Of a stretch of 64,000 bases of DNA, positions 1 through 9,817 are shown piece by piece (within the stretch, counting starts at the first letter, position 1; every line of letters begins with the position of its first letter). The notes under the pieces are model-generated. The model had not been told where the DNA came from and made no database searches. It was given only the letters and a program-made list of their open reading frames with translations. The stretch covers positions 38,993-102,992 of the forward strand of contig JAWCLZ010000002.1 in assembly GCA_038850275.1 (NCBI GenBank), read 5' to 3'. This DNA is from Methanocellales archaeon (GTDB lineage Archaea; Halobacteriota; JAWCLZ01). Both the position numbers and the translations under genes were made by a program.

Positions 1-2
1 CT

Positions 3-890
3 AAAGAAATTGCAAAGATTGGCCCTCGCAATGTATTGATTAAAGGGGGGCATCTAGCTAGCGAGATGGTTGTTGATGTCCTCTATGATGGTAAAGAATA
101 TACTTATTTCAAAGCCCCGAGGATTAAAACTAAAAATCTACATGGCACTGGCTGCACATTCTCAGCGAGCATAACAGCTTACTTAGCAAGGGGATGCAGC
201 GTTAAAGAAGCAGTTGAATTTAGCAAGCGATTCATGGAGAAAGCAATCAAGTATAGCTTCAACGTTGGCAAGGGAAGCGGTCCAGTGAATCCAATGGCAA
301 ATTTATACTATGAAGCAGCGAAGCAAAAAGCAATTGAGGATGTGCAGGATGCAGTGAAAATTGTGGAGCAAAGCGAGGCTCTCGCAATGCTTATCCCAGA
401 AGTGGGTATGAATATAGTTTCAGTGCCTGAATATAGTATACATGGAAATGAAGTTGTAGGCGTGGAGGGAAGATTAACCTCTGTTTTAGGTAGACCGAGG
501 TCTCGTGGGTTTGCAAAACCAGGGGCTTCCAAGCACGTTGCTAGTGCAGCTCTAGAGATTTATAAAAGAAATCCTAGTTATAGAGCTGCCTTGAATTTGA
601 AATTCTCAGAGGAAGCTCTAGCTATATGCAGGGAAATGGGCTTGTTAATTTCAAGCTATGATCGAGGTAAAGAACCAGAGGAAATAAAGTGCAAAGAAGG
701 AATGAGCATCATATGGGGAGTAGAGCAAGCTCTTCTACAAACAAGTGGAAATATTCCAGATGTCATATATCATCGTGGAGACTGGGGTAAAGAACCAATG
801 ATAACTCTATTTGGCAAAAATGCTAAGGAAGTTGCTAAGCGAGCGGTGGAAATTGCTGAGAAAATAAGGGAAATGAAGTCATGGAAATGA
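3..890 (+). CDS. thiDN: Bifunctional ThiD/ThiN protein (phosphomethylpyrimidine kinase C-terminal part fused to ThiN thiamine-phosphate synthase domain); 5' end lies outside the window
   Basis: In-frame translation from nt 3 gives KEIAKIGPRNVLIKGGHL...HGTGCTFSASITAYLARG (ThiD C-terminal motifs), followed by ~180 aa ThiN-like domain; the ORF track only starts it at TTG 36. Confidence 0.7.
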   Translation, partial: KEIAKIGPRNVLIKGGHLASEMVVDVLYDGKEYTYFKAPRIKTKNLHGTGCTFSASITAYLARGCSVKEAVEFSKRFMEKAIKYSFNVGKGSGPVNPMANLYYEAAKQKAIEDVQDAVKIVEQSEALAMLIPEVGMNIVSVPEYSIHGNEVVGVEGRLTSVLGRPRSRGFAKPGASKHVASAALEIYKRNPSYRAALNLKFSEEALAICREMGLLISSYDRGKEPEEIKCKEGMSIIWGVEQALLQTSGNIPDVIYHRGDWGKEPMITLFGKNAKEVAKRAVEIAEKIREMKSWK

Positions 891-993
891 AGTCATGGAA
901 ATGAGTCGTGGACATAGAAATGAATCGTGGACATAGAAATGAATCGTGGACATAGAAATGAATCGTGGACATAGAAATGAATCATAGCCATCC
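870..993. repeat. Tandem repeat array: 2 x 14-bp (gaaatgaagtcatg), 1 x 19-bp variant, 3 x perfect 19-bp (gaaatgaatcgtggacata), 1 degenerate unit
   Basis: Read directly. It overlaps the thiDN stop codon and the convergent 3' intergenic region shared with corA. Confidence 0.9.
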
Positions 994-1950
994 AGCCCTG
1001 CGGAAATACCAAAGCATGGCTAAGGCTGGAATAGCTGATATAATAAGGAGAATTATAAGAGTGGTATATGGACCTAGAAAAGTCCAAGGTCCAGTTTCAA
1101 CCCCACCTGGTAGGGGTATGTTCATTCCATAGATTTGGGCTATCACTGTGGCTGGGATGGAAAGGGTGAAGAAAATAGTGAGAACAGCTAGTATTTTATT
1201 AGTCTTTTCCGTGCTTAACATAAAGTCGGTATCTTTATAGATTTCTATGATCTCTTTGCATTCATCTAAAGTTGCCCATACCTTGTCTATGTGATCCTCA
1301 ACATCACTAAAGTAAATGGAGAGGTCATCTTTAATGTAATGAGAAATTTCCCTAGACAATTCCTCAATAACACGTTTAAGTGGATAGGTAACTCGCCTTA
1401 AGCGAGCTATCCTCCGCCTTAAAATGGTTACTTCACGCACTGCTTCTACTTTTTCATCAAAAACTTTATCCTCAATATCGTCCAAGTCGCTTATAATCTT
1501 ATCTAAAATTGGGAACAATGAATCAACTAGTTGATCTATTATATAATACAAAAGATAGCCAGGTGACCTCAAAACCTCCGAGCGTGCTCTCTCATCGATT
1601 TTACACTTTTGAAATACTTCTGATAAAGGTTTTAAATCACTTGTTGAAATTGTGACTAAGTAGTTTTTCCCTAGGAAAATCGATAGCTGACTCGAGAACA
1701 TTCGTCCTTCAGCGCTGAAGGCAGGGAAGTGGAGTACAATGAATAAGTAATCTTCATATTTATCCACCTTAGGTAGCTGAACCTTTGAAATGCAATCATC
1801 TAATGCGAGGGAATGAAAGTGGTAGTTTTGAGCCAAAAAATTTATTTCCCTCTCAGTAGGTGCTTCTATATATACCCAGTTTAATTCCCCTTGGCTAAGA
1901 ATTTCCATTTCTCTCTCCTTATCTAACTTTGCTGATAAAATCTTTTTCAT
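982..1950 (-). CDS. corA: CorA family Mg2+/Co2+ transporter
   Basis: 322 aa; YGMN signature (IYGMNIPLPG) followed by two C-terminal TM helices; large N-terminal soluble domain. Confidence 0.85.
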   Translation of the reverse strand: MKKILSAKLDKEREMEILSQGELNWVYIEAPTEREINFLAQNYHFHSLALDDCISKVQLPKVDKYEDYLFIVLHFPAFSAEGRMFSSQLSIFLGKNYLVTISTSDLKPLSEVFQKCKIDERARSEVLRSPGYLLYYIIDQLVDSLFPILDKIISDLDDIEDKVFDEKVEAVREVTILRRRIARLRRVTYPLKRVIEELSREISHYIKDDLSIYFSDVEDHIDKVWATLDECKEIIEIYKDTDFMLSTEKTNKILAVLTIFFTLSIPATVIAQIYGMNIPLPGGVETGPWTFLGPYTTLIILLIISAIPALAMLWYFRRAGWL

Positions 1951-2495
1951 TTTCCTTGTCTCACGGCGTTGAATATATCTTGAATATCTTGACTATAATC
2001 GATTTTGCCAGGTGGATATGCTTTTTTACCTTCTATTACTTCCACTATGCAGCTCGCTACCTCCTCAGGGGTCTTATCCGTGGTGTCTATTTCATGTATA
2101 TTCTCAAGTCTATGGCGCTCGAGAGTTTCTATTAAAATTATATTAAGTGCTTCTGCCTCTACATTTTCATTTATCTTTTCCTCACTCCATTTTTTGACCT
2201 TTAAGCGTTTTCTAAGCAAGCTTGGCTTGGTTCTAAGTATTATTATCAAGTCTAAATCAAGGTGGTGAGCGAGATGTCCTTCAACTATATATCCCCCTTT
2301 TAATTCAGCAAAATATTTTTTAAGCCTAGGTATATCAACTATTAATGTATCGCGCTTCAAATCCCTTCCAATATAAAACTTTTTCCTCTTAATCAATGCA
2401 TTTAAGTCTATGATTTTGTAATTATATTTAGATTTCAGCACATTGCAAACTTGAGTTTTACCTGTTCCTGGGGTACCTGTTATGCCAATTCTCAT
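1947..2495 (-). CDS. Fap7/adenylate kinase isoenzyme 6-like P-loop NTPase
   Basis: 182 aa; MRIGITGTPGTGKT Walker A at the extreme N-terminus, typical of archaeal Fap7/AK6; 4-nt overlap with hisC. Confidence 0.6.
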   Translation of the reverse strand: MRIGITGTPGTGKTQVCNVLKSKYNYKIIDLNALIKRKKFYIGRDLKRDTLIVDIPRLKKYFAELKGGYIVEGHLAHHLDLDLIIILRTKPSLLRKRLKVKKWSEEKINENVEAEALNIILIETLERHRLENIHEIDTTDKTPEEVASCIVEVIEGKKAYPPGKIDYSQDIQDIFNAVRQGK

Positions 2496-3568
2496 CTCGC
2501 TTTGAATTCCTTAAGTGCTTCAACCAAGCGTTTGTTTTGCTCTTCAGTGCCAATAGTTATTCGCACTAGAGATTTAGAAGCTCCTCTGAATGACTGGCAG
2601 TCTCTAACTATTATTCCTTTTTTGAGTAAATATTCACATACCTCCTTTGAAGTATATGGCTTGACATCTATTAAAACAAAGTTTGCTTGAGATGGATAGA
2701 CCTTGAAGGGTATATTTTCATATAGATATTCCCTTCCCTTTTTCACTAATTCTATACTTCGCTTCAAGTGGTCTTCATCCTCAAGAGCTGCGATCGCTGC
2801 CTTTATGGCTATATTGCTCACGCTGAAGGAAATCGAAGCTTTGAGGTATGCTCTTGAGATTTCTTCATCCATTAATGCATAGCCAATTCTAAGTCCAGCT
2901 AGGCCATACATTTTGGAGAAAGTGCGTAATACCACTAAATTGCTATATTTCCCTACTATGTCTATCACAGAGGTATTGCCGAAGTCAGCGTAAGCTTCAT
3001 CCACTACTACAATTGCATTTACATTTTTCAATATTCTCTCCACATCTCTTCTATTCATAGCTGTTCCAGTTGGATTGTTTGGGGAGCATAGGAAAATTAA
3101 GCTCGTTCTACGGCTCACTTTTGAGAGGAGTTTCTCTATAGCTATGTTGAAGTTTTTATCTCGTTTAATGAAAACTGGCTTGCCATTGTTTAATATAGTG
3201 AATACTTCGTAGTAGGAAAAAGTTGGAATGGGTATTATTGCTTCAAGTCCTCTATCAATGAAAACCTTGGCAAGGGTATCAAGTATGCCATCCCCGCCGT
3301 TGCCAACTACTACGTTCTCAAGCTTGACATTGTATTTTGAAGCTAATGCTTCACGTAGTGATCTAGCATCTGGCTCTGGATATAGATAGACTTTTGAGGC
3401 ATATTTTTTAATTGCCTCCACGGCTCTTGGGCTTGCTCCAAGTGGATTTTCATTTGAAGCAAGCTTTATGATTTCTTCAGGCTTATGGCCATATTTTCTT
3501 GCCACTTCTTCCACGCTCAGCCCAGGAATATATTCCTTTATTCGATTGACAGCGGAGCGCATCTTCAT
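2492..3568 (-). CDS. hisC: Histidinol-phosphate aminotransferase
   Basis: 358 aa class I/II aminotransferase; SPNNPTG and RTFSKMYGLAGLRIGY PLP-lysine region. Confidence 0.8.
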   Translation of the reverse strand: MKMRSAVNRIKEYIPGLSVEEVARKYGHKPEEIIKLASNENPLGASPRAVEAIKKYASKVYLYPEPDARSLREALASKYNVKLENVVVGNGGDGILDTLAKVFIDRGLEAIIPIPTFSYYEVFTILNNGKPVFIKRDKNFNIAIEKLLSKVSRRTSLIFLCSPNNPTGTAMNRRDVERILKNVNAIVVVDEAYADFGNTSVIDIVGKYSNLVVLRTFSKMYGLAGLRIGYALMDEEISRAYLKASISFSVSNIAIKAAIAALEDEDHLKRSIELVKKGREYLYENIPFKVYPSQANFVLIDVKPYTSKEVCEYLLKKGIIVRDCQSFRGASKSLVRITIGTEEQNKRLVEALKEFKAR

Positions 3569-4818
3569 GATTCAGCCTCCCTCTCCCTCTCCCTCTCTAT
3601 TTCCTCGCTGGTTACCCTAGCCACTTTCGCTAGCTGGCGCTTGGTTATCACTAGAGGTGGGAGGAATCTCAATATTCTCTCAGAAGTGCAGTTAATTAAA
3701 ACTCCCCTCTCTCTAGCTCGATTTATGATTCCACTGCCCTCTACATTTAACTCTATTCCTACCATGAGTCCCAGTCCTCTTATATCGCGTACCAAATTTG
3801 ATGTGCACTTCTCCCTGAGCAAGCCTATGAAATACCCCCCCTTCTCCTTAGCTTTCTCCACTAATCTATCTCTCTTAATTGCTTGAATCGTGGCTAGAGC
3901 TGCTGCGCATGCAAGGGGATTGCCCCCAAATGTCGAGGCGTGGTCGCCTTTTTCAAATTTAGAAGCAATTTCTTCCCTTGCTAGCATTGCTCCAATTGGG
4001 AAACCACTGCCAAGTGCTTTAGCAAGTGTTAATATATCTGGCTCAATGCCAAAGTGCTCATAAGCAAACCACTTGCCAGTGCGACCAAAGCCAGTTTGCA
4101 CTTCATCCAATATTAGTAGGACATTTTTTTCATCGCAAATTTCTCTAACTTGCTTGAGGTAGTCTTTATCTGGAACTATTACCCCTCCCTCTCCCTGCAC
4201 TGGTTCAAGTATAACTGCAGCTGTATCTTGAGTTATTGCACTTGAAATTGCTTCGGGATTATTGTATTTCACAAATTTTACGCATGGTATTAAAGGTTCA
4301 AATGGCTTGCGATATCTCTCTTTATGCGTTACACTTAAAGCACCCATAGTTCGCCCGTGGAAAGAGCCCTCGCAGGCGATGATTTCCTTTTTGCCAGTTG
4401 CTTTTCTAGCTAGCTTAAGAGCAGCTTCATTTGCTTCTGCACCGGAGTTTGCATAGAATACTCTATCAAGCTTAGTTAGTTCAACTAGAGCTTCAGCGAG
4501 TTTCACCTGCTCCTCAGTGTAGTAGATATTTGAAATGTGCATGAGTCTTTGTACTTGTAACTTAATTGCTTCAACCACGAGGTCGTGGCAGTGTCCAGTA
4601 CTGCAAACCGCTAATCCAGCGAAGCAGTCGAGGTATTCCCTGCCTTCAACATCCCAAACAAGCGCTCCCTTTCCACGTGCTATTACTAAAGGCTGCCTAG
4701 TATAGGTTTGCATTATGCATTTTGCTTCTCTTTCAATTATTTCTTTAGTTCTCTCAATTTTCTCTTTGGTTCTAATAAAATCAACTCCCTTAATCTCGAT
4801 ATGGAATTTCAATCTCAA
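3565..4818 (-). CDS. argD: Class III aminotransferase (acetylornithine/LysW-gamma-L-lysine aminotransferase ArgD/LysJ-like)
   Basis: 417 aa; LILDEVQTGFGRTG PLP motif; GSFHGRT. Confidence 0.75.
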   Translation of the reverse strand: MRLKFHIEIKGVDFIRTKEKIERTKEIIEREAKCIMQTYTRQPLVIARGKGALVWDVEGREYLDCFAGLAVCSTGHCHDLVVEAIKLQVQRLMHISNIYYTEEQVKLAEALVELTKLDRVFYANSGAEANEAALKLARKATGKKEIIACEGSFHGRTMGALSVTHKERYRKPFEPLIPCVKFVKYNNPEAISSAITQDTAAVILEPVQGEGGVIVPDKDYLKQVREICDEKNVLLILDEVQTGFGRTGKWFAYEHFGIEPDILTLAKALGSGFPIGAMLAREEIASKFEKGDHASTFGGNPLACAAALATIQAIKRDRLVEKAKEKGGYFIGLLREKCTSNLVRDIRGLGLMVGIELNVEGSGIINRARERGVLINCTSERILRFLPPLVITKRQLAKVARVTSEEIEREREREAES

Positions 4819-5704
4819 GTAGATCTCTAGCTACAAGTGAATTACTGAATACCTTTCTCGCTTCTTCGAGAAGGGGTGTTGGATCAGCTGAATATCTAGA
4901 GCTTATATGGGTTAATATAAGCTGCCTCACCCCTGCTTTCTTTGCAATCTCCGCTGCTTCAAAAGCTGTGCTGTGCTTGGTTTCAATCGCCCAATCCTGC
5001 ATATCACTGGTGAGAGTGCCATCGTGTATTAAGAGATCTGCATTTTTACTTGCATTTAAAATTGCTTCACAAGGTCTAGTGTCACCACTATAAACCACAA
5101 TTCTACCCGCTCTAGGTGGACCTATTACTTCCTCTGGCTTTATAACTTTACCTTTAATATTTATAGTTTCACCCCTTTGAAGTTTGCCGAAAAGCGGACC
5201 TGGAGGTATGCCCAGTTCTATAGCTCTCTCTCTATTGAATCTCCCTTGCCTTGGTTTCTCCCTCAATACATAGCCCAAGCTGGGCACGCTATGCTCAGTT
5301 TTAACTGCCTCTATCCAATATTCCCCTCTATCTAGAGTGTCCCCGTGTTTAAGCTCAATTGCTTTAACTTCAAATGCAACATCATTGAATCCTAGCTTGG
5401 ATAGCAATTCTATGAATTCTTTTGCATATCTAGGGCCGTATATCTCAAGAGGCTGCACTCTGCCTTGGAAATTCATGGTCTGAAGTAGCCCTGGTATCCC
5501 AAGCACGTGATCCGCGTGGAAATGGGTTATGAAAATAGCTGTTAGATTCATCATCCCTGTTTTCCCACGCATCATTTGCTGCTGCGTGCCCTCTCCACAG
5601 TCGAACATTATGAGTTCTCCTTTTCGATTGATCAATATAGAACTTGGGTTTCTCTCTATCGTTGGAAGTGCACCTGCTGTGCCTAGGAATGTTACTCGCA
5701 GCAT
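4790..5704 (-). CDS. rnz: Ribonuclease Z (tRNA 3' endonuclease), metallo-beta-lactamase fold
   Basis: 304 aa; FDCGEGTQQQMMR and THFHADH motifs. Confidence 0.8.
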   Translation of the reverse strand: MLRVTFLGTAGALPTIERNPSSILINRKGELIMFDCGEGTQQQMMRGKTGMMNLTAIFITHFHADHVLGIPGLLQTMNFQGRVQPLEIYGPRYAKEFIELLSKLGFNDVAFEVKAIELKHGDTLDRGEYWIEAVKTEHSVPSLGYVLREKPRQGRFNRERAIELGIPPGPLFGKLQRGETINIKGKVIKPEEVIGPPRAGRIVVYSGDTRPCEAILNASKNADLLIHDGTLTSDMQDWAIETKHSTAFEAAEIAKKAGVRQLILTHISSRYSADPTPLLEEARKVFSNSLVARDLLEIEIPYRD

Positions 5705-5804
5705 GCGTATTTTTTAATGAAATGTTGTGATATTTGTAGCTTTTCGCTGTTTTCGGTGTTTTTGCTGGCAAAGCTATTAATTCCTTTGAGAAAGATTTAA
5801 ATGG

Positions 5805-6605
5805 GTGGATATTTTGCCGCGTGAACTTGGACTTTACTACATCTCAAAGCCAGATTCAAAGCTTGCTTGGTTTAAATTTCAATTGAGAGACGAAAAAGGC
5901 GCTGTTGCGAGATGCACAGATGTATTAGCTAAGAGAGGCGCTGATTTGATCTTCGGTTATTTCGAAGTAATGGAGAGAGGTAGAACTGGGAAGTACATTG
6001 CATTTGCTGAATTAAAGAAAGAAGCTGATTTGAATAACTTGGTCAAGAATTTAAAGAGCTTAGATGTTGTTCTAGATCTAGAGTACCACACAGCTAAAAA
6101 AGTGATCTTCCAAACCGCGGAATTCCCACTTACATTGCTCGGTAGCAGGGCATTTATAGCTCGCTCTGAAACCTTTGTAGAGATGATGAAAACAATTGAA
6201 GAGAGCTCCCATAGGCCGAGTGAGTTAATTTTCCTATCAGGATTAAAATCAGGCATGAATACCGCGAGGCATTTTTCTGAGAAAATAGGGCTAACTAGGG
6301 AGAATGCAATTGAAATCTTAATTGGACTTCTATTTGCAGCTGGCTGGGGGAAGCTATATGTTGACTTAGATCTCGATTCACTATCAGGCTATATTACAGT
6401 TAAGGATTCATTCATCGCTGACGCCTATGGAGCTGCTGCCTCGCCTAAATGTAACTGGTTAAGTGGCTTCTTAAGTGGTTTTTTCACAGTGATATTCAAA
6501 GAAGAAATATTCGTAAAGGAGATAAAATGCAAAGCAGTCAAGGGAGATGCTTGTGTACATCGAATGATGCGCGCTAGAGATAAAGAAGCGGAGGGGAGAT
6601 TTTGA
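5805..6605 (+). CDS. Hypothetical protein (possible N-terminal ACT-like and C-terminal V4R-like Cys-containing domain)
   Basis: 266 aa ORF with its stop overlapping the start of the next gene; domain guess comes only from weak composition and Cys pattern. Confidence 0.3.
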   Translation: MDILPRELGLYYISKPDSKLAWFKFQLRDEKGAVARCTDVLAKRGADLIFGYFEVMERGRTGKYIAFAELKKEADLNNLVKNLKSLDVVLDLEYHTAKKVIFQTAEFPLTLLGSRAFIARSETFVEMMKTIEESSHRPSELIFLSGLKSGMNTARHFSEKIGLTRENAIEILIGLLFAAGWGKLYVDLDLDSLSGYITVKDSFIADAYGAAASPKCNWLSGFLSGFFTVIFKEEIFVKEIKCKAVKGDACVHRMMRARDKEAEGRF

Positions 6606-8545
6606 TACAGCAGCCAAATGCAATTCTCGGGAACTCAAGAATATTGGTAACCATCGGCTCCAGAGGAGAGCTTTTAGCTTTTTTTTATCCTCGCATTGAT
6701 TATGCTCAAAATATTGAAGAATCTCTGGCTGGGGTTTATTCTGAGGGGAGAATGCTATGGGTAAATGAGGAATGGGAATCAAGGCAAGTTTATTTAGAGG
6801 ATTTAAATATCCTTCATACCAATTTACATCACCCATTGGGAATTTACATAGAAATCGAGGATATGGTTCTCCCTGAGGGAGCTGTGTTGGTTAGGAGGTT
6901 TAAAATTTCTACATGCAGAAATTTGAAGGCGAAGTTCTTCTACTATTTAAATTTCACTATTGGTGAGCATAGAACTAAGAACTCTGGATTTTGCGATCCC
7001 TCTGGAATTATAATGCATTATTGGCAGAACATAAACATTGGCCTAGCGAGCAATCCCAGTTTTGAGGAGTGGCAGATTGGTAAAGCCATAGATACAGCTT
7101 GGTGGACAAATGCCAAGCTGGATTCAGAAGATGGCTTTCTTAGGGGAAATAGAGAGGAAATAGGCTATGTGAATGCAAGTGTAAGTTGGAAACTCGATTT
7201 AACGCCAGAATGCAAAATGGAAATAATATTATTTCTAGCGGCAGCGAGCAATCGCTTTAACTTGAAGAAGGAGATTCAAAGAATTAAGGAAATTCCATAT
7301 GAAGAATTACAGACTCAAACCAAGAATCATTGGCTTCAGTGGCTCTCGAGGGCTAGGGAACTTAAATTGAAGGAGTATCAATCCATTTATAAACGCTCAT
7401 TGCTTGTGCTCTCGCTATTAAGGGATAAACAATTTGGCAGCTTCATAGCTGCTCCTGAGTTTGACCATTTCTATGAAAAAAGCGGGGGATATGGTTATTG
7501 TTGGAATAGAGATGCCACGCATATGGCTCTTGCTCTTGATGCAGCTGGTTATATTGAAGCTGGCGAGGCCTTTGCAGCTTGGTGCAGAAAAATGCAGCTT
7601 GAAGATGGCTCTTGGTTTCAGAGGTATTGGGTAAATGGCGAGCTTGCACCAAGCTGGGGGAACTTTGATTTCTCAACTCAACTTGATCAAGTTGGCTGCA
7701 CCCTGCATTTTTACCTAGAGCACGCTAGATATCTTCCTGACAAGTTGGGATATTTTCAATCAATATGGAAAAGCGTAGAGAGAGGAGCTGAATATATAAT
7801 GAGGAGAACAGAAAGGGGATTGCATGATATCTGCGTTGATCTATGGGAGAGCCACTTTGGATCCTTCACTTATACCAATGCAGCTCTATATAGAGGACTA
7901 TTAAGCGCGGCTGAAATTGCAAGCGCAGTTGGAGAGAAAAACCTAGCTGAGAAATGGCGAGCGAGAGCGATGTTGATCAAGCAAGAGCTTTTAAATAAAT
8001 TCTGGCTAAAGGAGGGGTATTTTGCGAGGGGAATAATCAATGGAAAGTTGGATAAAACCTATGATGCAAGTTTCCTTGGACTGCTCGAGCCATTTGAATT
8101 GTTAGACTTGAGAAACAACGAGGAGCGATCCATGCTAGAACAAGCCATCCTTTTAATTGAAAAGAAACTCGGGATTTATGTGAATGAAGGAATTGGAATA
8201 AAGCGATTTGAGGGTGATGAATACATAGGAGGGAATCCTTGGACTATTACTACTCTTTGGTATGCAATTGTACTTCTAAAACTCGCTAGTTTTTACTTGA
8301 ATAGCGATCAAGACAAGGCAGATCACTATTTTAAAAAAGCAGTTGCATGTATGGAATGGTGCCAGCGAGGGAGCACTAGCACTGGGCTTCTACCTGAGCA
8401 AGTTGATCGCTTCACTGGCAAACCAACTTGGGCAACTCCAATTGGCTGGGCTCACGCTTTAGTCATCAAATGCCTTCTTTTAATGGAGGAATTAAAATTT
8501 AGAAAATTGGAAATTGGGAAATTAGAAATTAGAAATCAAAATTAA
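6602..8545 (+). CDS. Glycoside hydrolase family 15 (glucoamylase/glucodextranase/trehalase-like) with N-terminal beta-sandwich domain
   Basis: 647 aa; GYCWNRDATHMALAL (GH15 W-x-RD catalytic region); (alpha/alpha)6-barrel-like C-terminal half; C-terminus extended by a low-complexity repeat (KLEIGKLEIRNQN). Confidence 0.8.
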   Translation: MIQQPNAILGNSRILVTIGSRGELLAFFYPRIDYAQNIEESLAGVYSEGRMLWVNEEWESRQVYLEDLNILHTNLHHPLGIYIEIEDMVLPEGAVLVRRFKISTCRNLKAKFFYYLNFTIGEHRTKNSGFCDPSGIIMHYWQNINIGLASNPSFEEWQIGKAIDTAWWTNAKLDSEDGFLRGNREEIGYVNASVSWKLDLTPECKMEIILFLAAASNRFNLKKEIQRIKEIPYEELQTQTKNHWLQWLSRARELKLKEYQSIYKRSLLVLSLLRDKQFGSFIAAPEFDHFYEKSGGYGYCWNRDATHMALALDAAGYIEAGEAFAAWCRKMQLEDGSWFQRYWVNGELAPSWGNFDFSTQLDQVGCTLHFYLEHARYLPDKLGYFQSIWKSVERGAEYIMRRTERGLHDICVDLWESHFGSFTYTNAALYRGLLSAAEIASAVGEKNLAEKWRARAMLIKQELLNKFWLKEGYFARGIINGKLDKTYDASFLGLLEPFELLDLRNNEERSMLEQAILLIEKKLGIYVNEGIGIKRFEGDEYIGGNPWTITTLWYAIVLLKLASFYLNSDQDKADHYFKKAVACMEWCQRGSTSTGLLPEQVDRFTGKPTWATPIGWAHALVIKCLLLMEELKFRKLEIGKLEIRNQN

Positions 8546-8570
8546 AAATTAAAAATTAATTATTATCTAT
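8500..8570. repeat. Low-complexity gaaatt(g/a)g / aaaatt tandem repeats at the GH15 3' end
   Basis: Read directly: ggaaattgggaaattagaaattagaaatcaaaattaaaaattaaaaatt. Confidence 0.8.
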
Positions 8571-9817
8571 CGATGTCTTTGAATTACTTCTTCATAAACC
8601 CTTATGGTTTCTCTAGCGGTTTTTTCCCAAGTAAAGTTATCAAGCACCCTCGCTCTTGCATTTTCGCCCAAGATTTTTCTAGTTACATCGATCTTCAATA
8701 ATTCTATTGTAAATCTTGCGATATCATTTGGGTCATATGGATTTATATGCGCTCCACATCTATTTGTGCCACTTGGTATAACTTGTTCCCTCAACCCAGA
8801 GGTACCAGTTGCTCCCACTACCACTGGCTTAGCCATACTCATTGCTTCAGTGCATACAATTCCAAATGGCTCATATTTCGAGGGAAGAACAACTACATCG
8901 CTCGCTGCGTAGTGCAATATTCTTTCCTCCTCGCTTACATATTTAAATTCAAGCACCACGCGATTTTGAATACCCAAGCTTGAAACCATGTGCTTAATCA
9001 TATCCTCTTGATCGCCTCTGCCGAGGATGACGAGCTTTGCATTTGGCACTTCTTTTAAAATCAATGGCATGGCTTGAACTAGACTATCCGCTCCTTTAAC
9101 CCAAGTGAGGCGGCCTACAAAGAGAATCATAAGTTCTCCTTTCTCAATTCCAATTGCTTCTTTAAATTTTAAGATCTCTGCCTCTCCATATTTAGCTGGA
9201 TTATACTTCATAGGGTCAACGCCATTGTATATCACTCGAATTTTCTTTTCATCATAGCCAAGCCTCATTAGTTCATCCCGCATTGCATAGCTCACGGTTA
9301 TAATTAAATCTGCTTCATTAGCAGCAAGGCGCTCTATAGCTTTAATGGTTGGAGATCCATTCCAAGCTCTACCCTGCTCGGTGGAATGCAGGTGGAATAC
9401 AAATGGGAGCTTCAATGCTTTTCTCACGATCAATGCTCCAATTGCAGAAAGCCAGTCATTTGCTACAATTATATCAAAAGCTCGCTTTTCCTTTTTAACT
9501 AAGTCATTGAGGAGCTTTGTGGATGAGAGAAAATTATAGAGCATGGTCTCGCAAAATAGCTCCCTCGCTCCCTCTGACCATTTCTTCACATCCTCTGGAA
9601 TCATGAGGGGTAGTATATCAGTTGCATCCACTAATAAGGGTCTATGTACCTCTAAGCCTTGAGATCTATATACAGTTGGATCATCCCCAGTATTTCTCGA
9701 GAAAATAGTTAAATTATGCCCTGACTTTATGAATTGCTTAGACATCTCCATAGCATAAGTACCTAGCCCACCTCTGAAGTATGGCGGGAATTCATCTACG
9801 AAGTAAAGAATATTCAT
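8567..9817 (-). CDS. Family 4 glycosyltransferase (glycogen-synthase-like / GT4 retaining glycosyltransferase)
   Basis: 416 aa; N-terminal GGLGTY motif; C-terminal EPFGIVCTEAMSMAKPVV (GT-B E-x7-E region). Confidence 0.75.
   Translation of the reverse strand: MNILYFVDEFPPYFRGGLGTYAMEMSKQFIKSGHNLTIFSRNTGDDPTVYRSQGLEVHRPLLVDATDILPLMIPEDVKKWSEGARELFCETMLYNFLSSTKLLNDLVKKEKRAFDIIVANDWLSAIGALIVRKALKLPFVFHLHSTEQGRAWNGSPTIKAIERLAANEADLIITVSYAMRDELMRLGYDEKKIRVIYNGVDPMKYNPAKYGEAEILKFKEAIGIEKGELMILFVGRLTWVKGADSLVQAMPLILKEVPNAKLVILGRGDQEDMIKHMVSSLGIQNRVVLEFKYVSEEERILHYAASDVVVLPSKYEPFGIVCTEAMSMAKPVVVGATGTSGLREQVIPSGTNRCGAHINPYDPNDIARFTIELLKIDVTRKILGENARARVLDNFTWEKTARETIRVYEEVIQRHR

Noticed and set aside
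870-993. Possible CRISPR array
   Set aside because: The units are contiguous tandem repeats (14- and 19-bp) with no unique spacers, and no cas genes are nearby; it is a minisatellite-like array
8486-8570. Possible small RNA in the GH15/GT4 convergent intergenic region
   Set aside because: The sequence is a simple AT-rich hexamer repeat with no stable secondary structure apparent
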